Shown here: positions 32,334 through 42,685 of the stretch, one piece after another
Numbering within the stretch: position 1 is the stretch's first letter
Layout of the letters: every line of letters starts with the position of its first letter
Source of the DNA: Candidatus Oxydemutatoraceae bacterium
GTDB taxonomy: Bacteria > Pseudomonadota > Gammaproteobacteria > Poriferisulfidales > Oxydemutatoraceae
Assembly (NCBI GenBank): GCA_965219575.1
Contig: OZ244779.1
Span: 364,769-428,768, forward strand
Length of the DNA: 64,000 nt
Direction: 5' to 3'
Made by a program: the position numbers and the translations under genes
The notes under the pieces: model-generated
What the model was told of the DNA's origin: nothing
What the model saw: the letters and a program-made list of their open reading frames with translations, nothing else
Database searches by the model: none

Positions 32334-32972
32334 ATGTACCCCAGAAAAATTTTTATTATGCTCATTTTAGTTGCAACGCTTGCCACAAGTGTCGTAGAGG
32401 CTCGGTTCGGTTCGGCACCCGAAGGCTGGCCGTGTGTACAAGGCTATGTTGCCGAAGTCTCGCCAGGTGCATTTTGGACCGGTGAATTGCCCGCTAGCGA
32501 AGCCGTAGAAAACAACGAGGCATTAATGAGACTGGTGGAGGAAGCGAGTGATAGGGCTATTTCTTATGAACAAAGCCTCGATAAGATAAAGACTTTCTTA
32601 GATCAACTTGAAGGAAGTAGCCCCGAACATAAGCAGGAACAAGCCGCCTTACTAATAGTCGCATTGACCGACTCAATCAACGGCAAACGCGTAAAAGTAT
32701 TAAAAGGAATAGACCGCTTCAGTAAACGCCAACAAATGATGATTACACGCATAGAAGACCAAGATAACAAGATAAGGGCTATTAAAAACGGTGAAACTTC
32801 GGAGAACGGTTCGGCACTTGCAGATTTAGAGGACCGTCAAATATGGGACATTCGTGTTTTTGAGGAGCGCGAGTTCCAGAAAAATTATCTTTGTGAGCAA
32901 GCAGTTTTACTCGAACAAAGATTTTTCTTTTTAGGACGCGATATTGTTGCTTGGCTTAAAGACAACGAGTAA
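32334..32972 (+). CDS. Secreted hypothetical protein (type often found near quinoprotein/PQQ genes)
   Basis: Signal peptide, WPCVQ N-terminal motif, C-terminal IWDIRVFEER..YLCE; GGAGG RBS. Confidence 0.6.
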   Translation: MYPRKIFIMLILVATLATSVVEARFGSAPEGWPCVQGYVAEVSPGAFWTGELPASEAVENNEALMRLVEEASDRAISYEQSLDKIKTFLDQLEGSSPEHKQEQAALLIVALTDSINGKRVKVLKGIDRFSKRQQMMITRIEDQDNKIRAIKNGETSENGSALADLEDRQIWDIRVFEEREFQKNYLCEQAVLLEQRFFFLGRDIVAWLKDNE

Positions 32973-33018
32973 TTTTCAACGTATAAAATTTTATAGGCGT
33001 ATGATACCGGCCAATTTA

Positions 33019-33501
33019 TTAATTGGATAGCTCTGGTTTGGGGTCATCGCTTGTAGCCGGAGGACACTTTATGCTTTCAAAGCCTACCAAAGCGTTATTA
33101 AATGCCGGGGTTCTTATCGGCACACGATTCTCGTAGAGCCAGTTATACTGTATGTTATACGCTTGCACTTCTCTTGCCTTCCAAGTCAGGCAGTCGTTTG
33201 CCAAAGCCGGTATGTTGCGTTTATACTGCACATAATGAACTAATTCGTGTAGCAAGATACCACGCGCCTCCATGTTGTTTTTAACATCCAGCGTATTTTT
33301 AAGATATACGGTCTGATCCTCATTGGAAAACCAGCCTAGTACATTTCCGCACTTATCAGCACCGCAGGCCTTTGCGGCGATTTGTGTTTGCGGTAAAAAC
33401 CGAACTTCCGGGGCACCAATTGGCGAATCGGTGATATACATGGCAGTATTGATATATACCATCAATGCACTGATGATTGCTTGTAGTGAGGTTACTCCCA
33501 T
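33019..33501 (-). CDS. Hypothetical HExxH protein (DUF6647-like)
   Basis: ILLHELVHYVQ ... REVQAY. Confidence 0.6.
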   Translation of the reverse strand: MGVTSLQAIISALMVYINTAMYITDSPIGAPEVRFLPQTQIAAKACGADKCGNVLGWFSNEDQTVYLKNTLDVKNNMEARGILLHELVHYVQYKRNIPALANDCLTWKAREVQAYNIQYNWLYENRVPIRTPAFNNALVGFESIKCPPATSDDPKPELSN

Positions 33502-33514
33502 TATTCCGACTCCT

Positions 33515-34324
33515 TTATGCAGTAATTACAGGCCATTGTGATTCGTATATTTTTTTTCTCGAATCTATCGCTTTGGCAAATAATACATCATCGTTTTCGG
33601 TGGCTAGATAAGAGAAATCAAAGCTGGGATTCTCGCTGAAAGATATATCACCTTCAATTGCAAACACGACTTCGTCGAGGCGATTTTTAATCTCCACGCT
33701 TTCAATATAGTGCGGAGGAATAAAAAGCAGTGTTTGCTGGTCTTTTTGCAGACCCGAATAATTAGGATGGGTGATGACAAGATGAAGGTTGCGCATTTTT
33801 GGATTGTCGGGCGCATCGTCTTGTATCAGTTGCATTTTGCCCATAGTCAGTTTAGACATAGGGTCAATTTCCATCGGCGGTGCGGAACACCCGCCGGAGG
33901 CTTTGACAAAAGTCCTAGTCATATAGAGTTTACCGTCGTTGGTTTCCGAGACTACACGAACATTACTATAAGCATTGACACGGATACGAGTTGATACGGT
34001 TGCCGTACCGTTTTTCGGTGATAAAGAAAACTTGGCTGCGACCGGAGACGGGTTCTCATCGACTATCAGGTGGTGAGTTTTAATAAACTGGTCTGTTTGT
34101 TGCGGAAAGCGCGAGGCAATAGTTATCGGCACATCGCCGCCGTTAGGAGGACGCTCGGGTGCTATAACCGACACCCATTGACTTCCGTCATCCACAGGAC
34201 GGTCCTGAAACAGAAAATTGCGAATATCCGTCCATGCTTGTTCTTGTTCTGCCCAGACATCTCCGAACTTGACGGCTATGCCCGTTGCAGCACTACACAT
34301 TAAAAATTTACGTCTGCTGATCAT
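33515..34324 (-). CDS. Quinoprotein dehydrogenase-associated SoxYZ-like carrier (Tat-exported)
   Basis: SRRKFL Tat motif, VDENPSP, VKASGGCSAP, HPNYSGLQ. Confidence 0.85.
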   Translation of the reverse strand: MISRRKFLMCSAATGIAVKFGDVWAEQEQAWTDIRNFLFQDRPVDDGSQWVSVIAPERPPNGGDVPITIASRFPQQTDQFIKTHHLIVDENPSPVAAKFSLSPKNGTATVSTRIRVNAYSNVRVVSETNDGKLYMTRTFVKASGGCSAPPMEIDPMSKLTMGKMQLIQDDAPDNPKMRNLHLVITHPNYSGLQKDQQTLLFIPPHYIESVEIKNRLDEVVFAIEGDISFSENPSFDFSYLATENDDVLFAKAIDSRKKIYESQWPVITA

Positions 34325-34396
34325 GCTGTTCTCCCTAATTATGTTAAAGTGAATAAAAACTTTTTCAAGTATATCATAAATAAAATGGATAAGGGG

Positions 34397-34734
34397 AGGG
34401 CTGTTGAAAAAGTATCCACGAACTATGGGGACGGTACATTCCCCTCCTCTGGAGGGGTGGCAGGCGTAGCCTGACGGGGTGGTTGTGCCGTGGGGGCCGT
34501 TGAAAAAGTATCTGTCTGCACGAACCCAACCGCTTGCGCCGTGAATTTATAATAACCACCAAGCCGTAGGGGCAGTATAAAGCCGCCGATTGAGCCGGTA
34601 GGTCAATCGGCAATTCCATTGTAGTCCGCCCCTACGGTTCGTGGATACTTTTTCAACAGCCCCGCCGTGTCCGTACGAGGTACAGTGTGGTACATTCCCC
34701 TAAATAGGAGGGGAATTAACTCGTGCAGAACCCC
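34397..34734. mobile_element. Composite family-1 locus; inner TIR-bounded unit 34493-34663 flanked by GCCGTG direct repeats
   Basis: Two left termini, hairpin module, REP, GCCGATTGAGCCGGTAGGTCAATCGGC palindrome; GCCGTG at 34487-92 and 34664-69. Confidence 0.85.
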
Positions 34735-34910
34735 AACATGGATGTGTAAGGCTAGATAGACACATATCAAAAAAGCAATCGCATTCCGATAGTTTGCTAC
34801 AATAACTACTCGGGCCCCTCTTTTGAGTTTCGCACCCGGCAGACTTGAATAATTAATAGGGGGTTTCGTGAAAATATATTTACTTTATCTTGATTACAGG
34901 AGGAAAGATC

Positions 34911-35324
34911 ATGTTGAATAAACACTACAAAATAGTTATAGCCCTAGTTTGTGCTTCTTTGTTATCGGTTGCCTGCATGCATTCCGAAAACAAAAAAACT
35001 ATCCCGAATTTGTACGGAGAGTGGAAAGGAGTCAATCAGACTGTATCCGACGCTAAAGGATATTCGGAATGGGATAAAACGGTGACGATTAGCGAGCAGA
35101 AGGATCGTCGGTTCAAAGGCTACTTTGAATATAGCGAAGGTACTATAAACTTCTCGGGTGTGATTTTCGGTGATAACACATCTTTTGCGTGGACATCCGA
35201 GAATAGCCAAGGCTACAATGTAGGAAGAGTACTCGGAGATAATAAAATCAGTGCGTGTTATGTAGAGTCCGGGGAGCAAGCAACCGCAGGCTGTGCCGAA
35301 CTGACTCGCACCTCCATGCGTTAA
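34911..35324 (+). CDS. Hypothetical lipoprotein
   Basis: AGGAGG RBS, lipobox-like SVAC, beta-rich body. Confidence 0.65.
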   Translation: MLNKHYKIVIALVCASLLSVACMHSENKKTIPNLYGEWKGVNQTVSDAKGYSEWDKTVTISEQKDRRFKGYFEYSEGTINFSGVIFGDNTSFAWTSENSQGYNVGRVLGDNKISACYVESGEQATAGCAELTRTSMR

Positions 35325-35359
35325 CGCAACAACCGAATCCGTATGGAACTACCGTGCAA

Positions 35360-35379
35360 GGGAGGGTGTTAACCCTCCC
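35360..35379. terminator. Putative hairpin terminator
   Basis: GGGAGGGT-GTTA-ACCCTCCC after the lipoprotein gene; no U-tract. Confidence 0.4.
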
Positions 35380-35473
35380 CTACACGCGTTGAGTAACGCA
35401 TATTAGCAATATCGGATTTGAAATAACTGCCGTAGATAAAATACGGTTGATATTCAAAGTGCGATGATAGGGC

Positions 35474-36463
35474 ATGAAGCGTAGAGCATTTCTGAGTGTC
35501 GGGGCGAGCCTACTCATGTTGTCTATGATCGACCTAAAGCGTGGTTTCGGTTCGCCTCGACCCAAAGTCGGCATGGTCTACGATCCGTTATTTTCGGAAG
35601 ATTGGCGCGTACACGACCATCCGGAATCACCTATGCGATACCGGTCGGTGATCGACGGTTTCGAGCAAAACGGCATATTGAGGCAAACTTCAAAAATAGA
35701 ATTATTGGACGAAATCGAGCCTTCATTGCTGACCGTGCATAATAAAAAACATATTGATACGATTAAAAAGTTTTATGTTTATGCGCACGATGTTGCGTCG
35801 GCTGCGGTTGGTGCCGGATTGGCTGCCGTCGATGCAGTTTGTAGCGGTACGCACAATAGTGTTTTTTGTGCCATACGCCCGCCGGGTCATCATGCCTTAA
35901 ATACCGGCAGGGAGGAGGGCTTTTGTTTTTATAACAATGTTGCCATCGCCGCGCGTTATGCACAAAACAAATATAAGCGTGAGAAAGTTTTAATCGTAGA
36001 CTGGGATTACCATCACGGCAACGGCACGGAGGCGGTATTTTACGACGATCCGTCGGTGCTTTTTTTCTCTACACACGATTATCGTGCTTATCCGGGAACC
36101 GGAAATCCGACCAGAGTCGGTGCCGATAAAGGCAAAGGATACAATATCAATGTGCATTTGGATTGCGGCGCAAACGATGAGGACATCATCGGTGCCTTCA
36201 ACGACATATTGCTTCCCGCTGCCCACCGCTTCAAGCCCGACTTGATATTGATATCGGCAGGATTTGATAGTCGCAAGGACGATCTATTGGGTTGCTTCGA
36301 CATTACCGATGAGGGTTTTGCTCGGTTGACGCATATCGTGCGTAACCTTGCGGACGAATACTGCGACGGATGTATGGTATCATTACTGGAAGGGGGGTAT
36401 AGTTTATCGGGATTGTCAAATGCCACGGTTGCACACCTGAAAGCGATGCTTGAGATGTCCTGA
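35474..36463 (+). CDS. Histone deacetylase-family (class II-like) amidohydrolase with possible Tat signal
   Basis: HPESP, RPPGHHA, GFC..NN, DWDYHHGNGT, SAGFD, LEGGY; N-terminal KRRAFL. Confidence 0.92.
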   Translation: MKRRAFLSVGASLLMLSMIDLKRGFGSPRPKVGMVYDPLFSEDWRVHDHPESPMRYRSVIDGFEQNGILRQTSKIELLDEIEPSLLTVHNKKHIDTIKKFYVYAHDVASAAVGAGLAAVDAVCSGTHNSVFCAIRPPGHHALNTGREEGFCFYNNVAIAARYAQNKYKREKVLIVDWDYHHGNGTEAVFYDDPSVLFFSTHDYRAYPGTGNPTRVGADKGKGYNINVHLDCGANDEDIIGAFNDILLPAAHRFKPDLILISAGFDSRKDDLLGCFDITDEGFARLTHIVRNLADEYCDGCMVSLLEGGYSLSGLSNATVAHLKAMLEMS

Positions 36464-36565
36464 CTAAATCTGATCGGTGCCTCTTTTCATTGATATATCC
36501 GACTGCCGAACACAACCGCAATGAGAAAATAGTACCGACTTTATAACGCTGATAAAGGAGTAAAG

Positions 36566-38263
36566 ATGAGTAGTTTTTTTTCAAAGGAGCGGATTGTCGC
36601 GAAAGAAGGGTTTAACCGCTGGCGCGTGCCACCGGCATCGATTGCGATACACCTCTGCATCGGTTCGGTGTATGCGTGGAGTATTTACAACCCTGCGTTG
36701 ACTAAAGTCGTCGGTGTCGTTGCCAGTTCCGCCGACGATTGGACCTTAACCGAAGTCGTCTGGATTTTCACCGTTGCTATTCTGGTTTTAGGGCTTGCTG
36801 CGGCGTTTGCCGGCAAATGGCTCGAGGAAGTCGGGCCGCGCACGGTCGGTATCGTTGCCGCCTTTTGCTGGGGCGGCGGTTATCTAGTAGGCAGTCTGGG
36901 CATCTATTTAAATCAAGTATGGCTACTGTATCTCGGCTATGGTGTGATCGGTGGTTGCGGTTTGGGTTTGGGTTATGTATCGCCGGTTAGTACTTTGATC
37001 CGCTGGTTTCCCGACCGGCGCGGAATGGCAACCGGAATGGCAATTATGGGTTTCGGCGGCGGCGCAATGCTGGGAACGCCCCTGAAAGAATATTTCCTTC
37101 AAAAATTTTACCTTGCGCCCGAATATCTAGGTTCAGTCGATAGTTTAGATTTGATTACCGAAGCCGGTAGACGTTTCGTACAGATAGGTGGCGAATTAAA
37201 AGAAGTGGTGGTGGTCGGTGCAAACGAAGTTTCCGGCATGATTGTTCCGGGAGATCCCGGTGTTTATCTACTCGGCACGGGTTCGGTCGGTGCATGGCAA
37301 ACATTTTTGTTTATCGGTTTAATTTATTTTATTGTGATGCTGATCGCAGCGTTGAGCTATCGCATTCCGCCCGAGGGTTGGACTCCCGAAGGTTGGACAC
37401 CACCGAGTAAATCCGTTGCCGATAAGAAAATGATAACGCGCGGCAATGTAGACATAGACCAAGCATTGAAGACACCACAATTTTATCAACTGTGGATCGT
37501 CTTATGTTTCAATGTCACCGCCGGTATCGGTGTTATCGGCGTTGCCAAGACGATGATTACTGACATCTTCGGCTCCGCTTTGCCGGGCATAGTAGACGGT
37601 GCTTTTGCTGCAACTTATGTCTTGATGATCAGCGTGTTTAATATGATCGGCAGGGTATTGTGGGCAGGTTCGTCCGATTTTATCGGGCGCAAAAATACCT
37701 ATTGGATATTTTTTGTCGGTGGCATAGTACTTTATTTGTCTATTCCGTTTGCTGCGCAACAAGTGAGTGTTCATCCCACGGTATTTTGGTTGGTATTTTT
37801 CTATGCGGCAACGATGATTATATTCACATTCTACGGCGGTGGTTTCGCAACCATTCCCGCTTATTTGGCGGATATTTTCGGCACCCACCATGTCGGTGGC
37901 ATCCACGGTAGACTACTAACCTCATGGAGCACCGCCGGCGTATTGGGGCCGCTTGCTATTACAACTTTGCGGCAAAACTCACTCAGCAATTCAATTCACG
38001 ATTTAGCTGCCAAAGTGGATCCTGCAAAATTTGCCGAAACCTTCGGGGCCGGAGTTGATAAACTGGACTTATTGATTGAAAAAAAGACCGTAACGCTTGC
38101 CAAGTTGCTCGAAATCTCGCCACCGGGAACCGTGGATCCCACACCCAGTCTATATAATACGACGATGTATTTGATGGCGTTTCTGTTACTCATAGCACTG
38201 ATATCAAATGCATTTATGAAGCCGGTGCATCCCAAACATCATATGAGTGACGGGGAAACATAG
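36566..38263 (+). CDS. OFA-family (oxalate/formate antiporter-like) MFS transporter
   Basis: GSVYAWS, GLGLGYVSPVSTLIRWFPDRRGMATG, YGGGFATIPAYLADIFG. Confidence 0.9.
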   Translation: MSSFFSKERIVAKEGFNRWRVPPASIAIHLCIGSVYAWSIYNPALTKVVGVVASSADDWTLTEVVWIFTVAILVLGLAAAFAGKWLEEVGPRTVGIVAAFCWGGGYLVGSLGIYLNQVWLLYLGYGVIGGCGLGLGYVSPVSTLIRWFPDRRGMATGMAIMGFGGGAMLGTPLKEYFLQKFYLAPEYLGSVDSLDLITEAGRRFVQIGGELKEVVVVGANEVSGMIVPGDPGVYLLGTGSVGAWQTFLFIGLIYFIVMLIAALSYRIPPEGWTPEGWTPPSKSVADKKMITRGNVDIDQALKTPQFYQLWIVLCFNVTAGIGVIGVAKTMITDIFGSALPGIVDGAFAATYVLMISVFNMIGRVLWAGSSDFIGRKNTYWIFFVGGIVLYLSIPFAAQQVSVHPTVFWLVFFYAATMIIFTFYGGGFATIPAYLADIFGTHHVGGIHGRLLTSWSTAGVLGPLAITTLRQNSLSNSIHDLAAKVDPAKFAETFGAGVDKLDLLIEKKTVTLAKLLEISPPGTVDPTPSLYNTTMYLMAFLLLIALISNAFMKPVHPKHHMSDGET

Positions 38264-38318
38264 GGTATACTAGCAATTTTTGATTCAACATACGATAACT
38301 CATGAGGAGAAAAACGAT

Positions 38319-38846
38319 ATGATATTTAGCAATAGCAAACAGCCACTTAAAAATATTCGCCGTTGTTTGATAGCGAGCCACGGATTGCTCATCGCAATAT
38401 TTGCAGCCGTTATATTCGCTTCACCGGCGGCTGCCGATGATCTTGCAAAAGGCGAAAAAACTTTTATCAAGTGCAAGGTGTGTCACGCAGTGGAGAAAGA
38501 TGTAAGCAAAATAGGTCCTAGCTTGTACGGTGTCTACGGACGCAAAGCAGGCAGCTTGGAAAGTTTTGCGAACTACTCCGATGCAATCAAATCGACGGAT
38601 ATAGTTTGGAGCGATGAGACCATACGCGCATTCGTAAAGGCACCGCGCACTTATATCGCCGGTACAAAAATGATTTTTTTAGGTATCAAAGACGATAAGG
38701 AAATAGATAATTTATTGGCTTATCTAAAATCGGTCACCGGGGCCGAAACCGGTTCCGAGACTTCGGATGCCGAGACTTCGAACACCGAGACCTCGGATGC
38801 CGGCTCCGCTGCCGAGATGTCTCCGACCGAAACGACCGTAGAATAA
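38319..38846 (+). CDS. Class I cytochrome c (c2-like) with a low-complexity E/T/S tail
   Basis: CKVCH, GPSL.GV.GR.AG, GTKMIF; signal peptide; ETSDA-like 15-bp repeats. Confidence 0.92.
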   Translation: MIFSNSKQPLKNIRRCLIASHGLLIAIFAAVIFASPAAADDLAKGEKTFIKCKVCHAVEKDVSKIGPSLYGVYGRKAGSLESFANYSDAIKSTDIVWSDETIRAFVKAPRTYIAGTKMIFLGIKDDKEIDNLLAYLKSVTGAETGSETSDAETSNTETSDAGSAAEMSPTETTVE

Positions 38847-38877
38847 TTTTTTATTGCTCAGGCGCAAGACCGATGAC

Positions 38878-38907
38878 CGCCGATTGACCTACCGGATCAA
38901 TCGGTGG
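38878..38907. repeat. Isolated family-1 palindrome module between convergent genes
   Basis: CCGATTGACCTACCGGATCAATCGG, also seen at ~34585, ~39740, ~46673, ~48303 and ~61950. Confidence 0.7.
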
Positions 38908-39450
38908 TTATCGGTATAGTGGTTCCGTGTATTCGTTTTTAAGCGATACATACATCTCTGCCGAATAAACAAGAAACTCCTTGTCCACTGCGCTGAGTTT
39001 GCGGATTTTCTTTATCGGTGAGCCCAACCATAAATAACCTCCCTCGATTATTTTGCCCGGTGGTACCAAGCTGTTGGCACCTATCATCGCCTCACTGCAA
39101 ACTACGGCACCGTCTAGAACCGTGCTACCCATACCGATCAACGCGGTATCTTCTATGGTACAAGCATGCAATATGCAGCGATGTCCTACCGTGACCTCGT
39201 TGCCTATCGTCAAATGATAACCGTCGGGAACATAAGAACTTTGATTGACGATATGCAAAACACTACCGTCCTGTATGTTAGTACGACTGCCTATCGTGAT
39301 AGTCATATCCATATCACCGCGCACCACGCTTGCATGCCACACCGAACTGTCTTCGCCGATAACGACATTACCGATGATATCGGCACTTTCGGCGATATAC
39401 GAGGACTCGGAAATACGCGGATAAATATTTTTATAAGATCTTATAGGCAT
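38908..39450 (-). CDS. Gamma-carbonic-anhydrase-family protein (YrdA-like)
   Basis: VVRGD, TNIQDGSVLH, VTVGH..ILHAC hexapeptide repeats. Confidence 0.92.
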   Translation of the reverse strand: MPIRSYKNIYPRISESSYIAESADIIGNVVIGEDSSVWHASVVRGDMDMTITIGSRTNIQDGSVLHIVNQSSYVPDGYHLTIGNEVTVGHRCILHACTIEDTALIGMGSTVLDGAVVCSEAMIGANSLVPPGKIIEGGYLWLGSPIKKIRKLSAVDKEFLVYSAEMYVSLKNEYTEPLYR

Positions 39451-39523
39451 ACCTACTATGCTAATGCATAATTTGCGTTGATGCAAAACATTATATGGGG
39501 CTGTAAGCCCAAAGTAGTAATGT

Positions 39524-39784
39524 GGGGCTGTTGAAAAAGTGCGGACATTGCTCAAACCCAATCGCTGTGCGCCATGAACATTTGTAAACCGCCGTAGGGG
39601 CGGACTTGCATGTCCGCCCGTAACGCGTTATGCATGGACGATTTATACATTCATTCATCTGATTTATGGAAACCAAAACCAAATGGCGCAAGCGGTTGGC
39701 ATCGTGCAGAACGGTACTTAAGGGCAGACATCAGAGTTGCCGATTGACCTACCGGCTCAATCGGCGGCTTTATACCGCCCCTAC
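39524..39784. mobile_element. Family-1 element overlapping the 3' end of dsrK
   Basis: Left terminus at 39524, REP, core and palindrome, ending in CCGCCCCTAC within the last dsrK codons. Confidence 0.85.
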
Positions 39785-41317
39785 GACTTGGCGGCTGTCT
39801 GATGTCTCTTCCGCTTCCTCGACGGCATCGGGTTCCAGGACGATGGCGTTGCTCACCAGTTGGTGGATACACACGACTTGATCCAGTGTCAGTCCGTAGT
39901 ATGGGAAGATTTTGGTAAATTGGCTCTTGCAGATTGCACAGATTGCTGCCATATGTGTGACACCGCAGTGATCAACGACTTCTTGCAGTGCTTCCATGCG
40001 AGGCAGTGCGCCTTTCACTCTTAGTTCTATCAGGTCGTCGGTTAGCAAGCCACCGCCGCCGCCGCAGCAATAGGTGCCTTCTTTGATTGTTTCCGGCGAC
40101 ATGTCGTAGAAATGGTTGCAACAGGCTTTGATAATCTCGCGGGGTATGGTGAATTGTCCGCCCGGCATATCTCCCATCCGTGAGGCGCGGGCGATATTGC
40201 ACGAATCGTGAAAGGTCAGCACCATATCGTCGTTTTGCGAGGGGTCTAGGGTGAGTTTGTTTTTCTGGATGAGGTCGTGAGTAACCTCGCAGATATGTTG
40301 CGGCACCGGATAATCGGGGTCTAGGAAGTCGAAGGGGCCTGCCAGTGTATTGAGGAAACTGTAGGCGACGCGCCAAGCGTGTCCACATTCGCCGAATATG
40401 ATGCGCCGCACGCCGAGTTTTTGTGCCGCTTCGCGTATTCTCAGTGCGAGTTTTTGCATATTCTCATAGTTGCCGATGAACATACCGAAGTTGGCTGCCT
40501 CGCTGGCATGGGAGCTCAGAGTCCATGATATGCCTGCTTGATGAAATACTTTTGCATAACCGATTAAGCCGTCGACATGGGGTTCGGCAAAAAAATCCGC
40601 CGAAGGGGTCACCAGCAATACTTCGGCACCTGCTTCGTCAAGCGGGAAGCGCACTTTTGCGCCGGTGTCCTCGAAGACTTCCTCTTCCAAGCCTTCGAGT
40701 GTGTCCGCCAATGCCGGTTCGGGCAAGCCTAAGTTGTTGCCGATAACATGGACTTTGCCGATGATTTCGTTGCAGTATTTCTGCCCCTTGCCGATGTGAT
40801 CCATAATCTCTCGGGCTGCCATAGAAATCTCTGCGGTATCTATGCCGTAAGGGCAATATACCGAACAGCGTCGGCATTGCGAGCATTGGTGGAAGTAGCT
40901 ATACCAATCATCGAGCATTTCCTTGTTCATGTCTTCGGCACCGACCAGCCACGGGAAATACTTGCCCGAGAAAGTGTAATAGCGGCGATAGACTTTGCGG
41001 AATAAATCCTGCCGTGCGACCGGCATATTTTTGGGGTCGGTCGTGCCCAGATAGTAATGGCACTTATCGGTACAGGCACCGCACTTGACGCATGAGTCTA
41101 AGAAGACTTGTAGCGAGCGGTATTTGCCGACCAACTCACCCATTTTATCGACCGCAACCTGCTCCCAGTTATCAACCAGTTCGCCCGGAAAGCCTAACGA
41201 TTTCTGAAACTCGGCTTTCGCGGTAAAGGGCTGGCTGTGCTTCATCACATCCTCTTGCAATTTAGGGATCGCTCGGTCTTCTCTATATTTGGGGGTTTTG
41301 AATTCTGTTGTTGCCAT
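39770..41317 (-). CDS. dsrK: DsrK, Fe-S subunit of DsrMK(JOP)
   Basis: CVKCGACTDKC, CSQCRRC..CP, GECGH, HDSC, CCGGGGG; start ATG 41317. Confidence 0.95.
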   Translation of the reverse strand: MATTEFKTPKYREDRAIPKLQEDVMKHSQPFTAKAEFQKSLGFPGELVDNWEQVAVDKMGELVGKYRSLQVFLDSCVKCGACTDKCHYYLGTTDPKNMPVARQDLFRKVYRRYYTFSGKYFPWLVGAEDMNKEMLDDWYSYFHQCSQCRRCSVYCPYGIDTAEISMAAREIMDHIGKGQKYCNEIIGKVHVIGNNLGLPEPALADTLEGLEEEVFEDTGAKVRFPLDEAGAEVLLVTPSADFFAEPHVDGLIGYAKVFHQAGISWTLSSHASEAANFGMFIGNYENMQKLALRIREAAQKLGVRRIIFGECGHAWRVAYSFLNTLAGPFDFLDPDYPVPQHICEVTHDLIQKNKLTLDPSQNDDMVLTFHDSCNIARASRMGDMPGGQFTIPREIIKACCNHFYDMSPETIKEGTYCCGGGGGLLTDDLIELRVKGALPRMEALQEVVDHCGVTHMAAICAICKSQFTKIFPYYGLTLDQVVCIHQLVSNAIVLEPDAVEEAEETSDSRQVVGAV

Positions 41318-41330
41318 AATGTCCTCAGTT

Positions 41331-41536
41331 GGGGCTGTTGAAAAAGTACTGGTGTCGCACAAATCTAACCGCTTGCACTATTTGATTTTGGTTTCCATAA
41401 ATTGTATGGATAAATGTATAAATCATGCGGGCGCAACGCGCTACGGGCGGACATATAAGTCCGCCCCTACGGTAAGTAAACATAAATTGGGTGGGTAAAC
41501 ACATTGTTCTTGCAAAACGGTATTTTTTCAATAGAT
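41331..41536. mobile_element. Family-1 element inserted between dsrM and dsrK
   Basis: GGGGCTGTTGAAAAAGTA, core, REP and a degenerate right terminus. Confidence 0.82.
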
Positions 41537-42280
41537 CTAGTGCTTTTGTTGTTCCAGTTTTAATGCCCACGCCGCGATATGCCGTTGTTCTCTCGGGTTA
41601 TCCACTTGGTTGCGTGTCGGGCTGAAGAACAAACCCGGTGCATGCAGTAGTTTGCTAAACGGGAATATAATCATCAGCAGGGCGACGAGTGCGAGATGCA
41701 CGACCATCAGTAAGTCCGACGGCAACGGTTGCGGGTCAAGGCGCATCAGCCCTAAAAAGAATATCTTCATTGTCACGATATCCACCGGGTAAAAGAATGT
41801 CATCAAAACGCCGGTTGCACCGATTGCCAATAACAAGATTAGCATCAGGTGGTCGGACGGAGATGAAATATAGCGTACGCGGTCAACGACGATACGCCGC
41901 AACAATAATCCCATCAATCCTATAATCATCATCCAGGACGCATACTTGCCGAAAGGTTGCAACCAATTAACCCAAAACCAAACGGGTTCGGTGAAATAGC
42001 GCAGATGGCGCAGTAAAACCAAGAACAAACCGAAGTGGAATAACCAGCCGAATAACCAAGTCCATTTATTGGACTTGAACAGACTTTCAAAGAAAACGGT
42101 TTCTTTGAACAGACGATAAACGACCCCGCTTTGGGTGGTCGGTGCCGGTGTCGTCGGTATCTTTAGCGGTGCCGGAACTTTCCAATAAAGCCAGATTTTA
42201 TAAGCCAGTCCGCCTATCAATACCGCGGTTGCAATATAAAAGAGCGCGGCATAAGCGATGCTGAGTGCATTCATCTGCAC
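41537..42280 (-). CDS. dsrM: DsrM (NarI-like cytochrome b)
   Basis: PLKIPTTPAP, FH...RHLRYF, H..FPFSKLLHAPG, PTRNQ. Confidence 0.95.
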   Translation of the reverse strand: MQMNALSIAYAALFYIATAVLIGGLAYKIWLYWKVPAPLKIPTTPAPTTQSGVVYRLFKETVFFESLFKSNKWTWLFGWLFHFGLFLVLLRHLRYFTEPVWFWVNWLQPFGKYASWMMIIGLMGLLLRRIVVDRVRYISSPSDHLMLILLLAIGATGVLMTFFYPVDIVTMKIFFLGLMRLDPQPLPSDLLMVVHLALVALLMIIFPFSKLLHAPGLFFSPTRNQVDNPREQRHIAAWALKLEQQKH

Positions 42281-42328
42281 GGTCGCTCAAACTTGGGTTG
42301 CCTCAATTCGGCTTAACTCAATCTGTCG

Positions 42329-42661
42329 TCAGACGCAACCTGTGGGCTTAGGCAAGCCGGCGTATTTACACGCTTGTTTGGCGGGACCGTAAGGGAACAG
42401 CTCGTACAAATACTTGCTATTACCTTTTTCCTTGCCCAATCTCTTCCCGATTGCTTTAGTCAAGACTCGAACCGCCGGGGCAATCTGATATTCTTCGTAG
42501 TACTCGCGAAGAAAATTGATGACCTCCCAGTGATTATCCGACAACTCGGCACCGTCGGCCTGTGCCATTGCTTCGGCAAGTTCGGGCTTCCAGTCGTTCA
42601 AGTTGGCAAGATAACCTTCTTCGTCGGTCTCGTATGTTTTACCATCAATATCTAAAGGCAT
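42329..42661 (-). CDS. dsrC: DsrC sulfur carrier
   Basis: DEEGYL, LFPYGPAKQACKYAGLPKPTGCV with both C-terminal Cys. Confidence 0.97.
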   Translation of the reverse strand: MPLDIDGKTYETDEEGYLANLNDWKPELAEAMAQADGAELSDNHWEVINFLREYYEEYQIAPAVRVLTKAIGKRLGKEKGNSKYLYELFPYGPAKQACKYAGLPKPTGCV

Positions 42662-42685
42662 GTTTCTATCTCCTGTTGAATATAT

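Noticed and set aside
33515-34324. Canonical soxY/soxZ
   Set aside because: It is a fused protein with internal GGCSAP rather than a C-terminal GGCGG arm, and no other sox genes are nearby.
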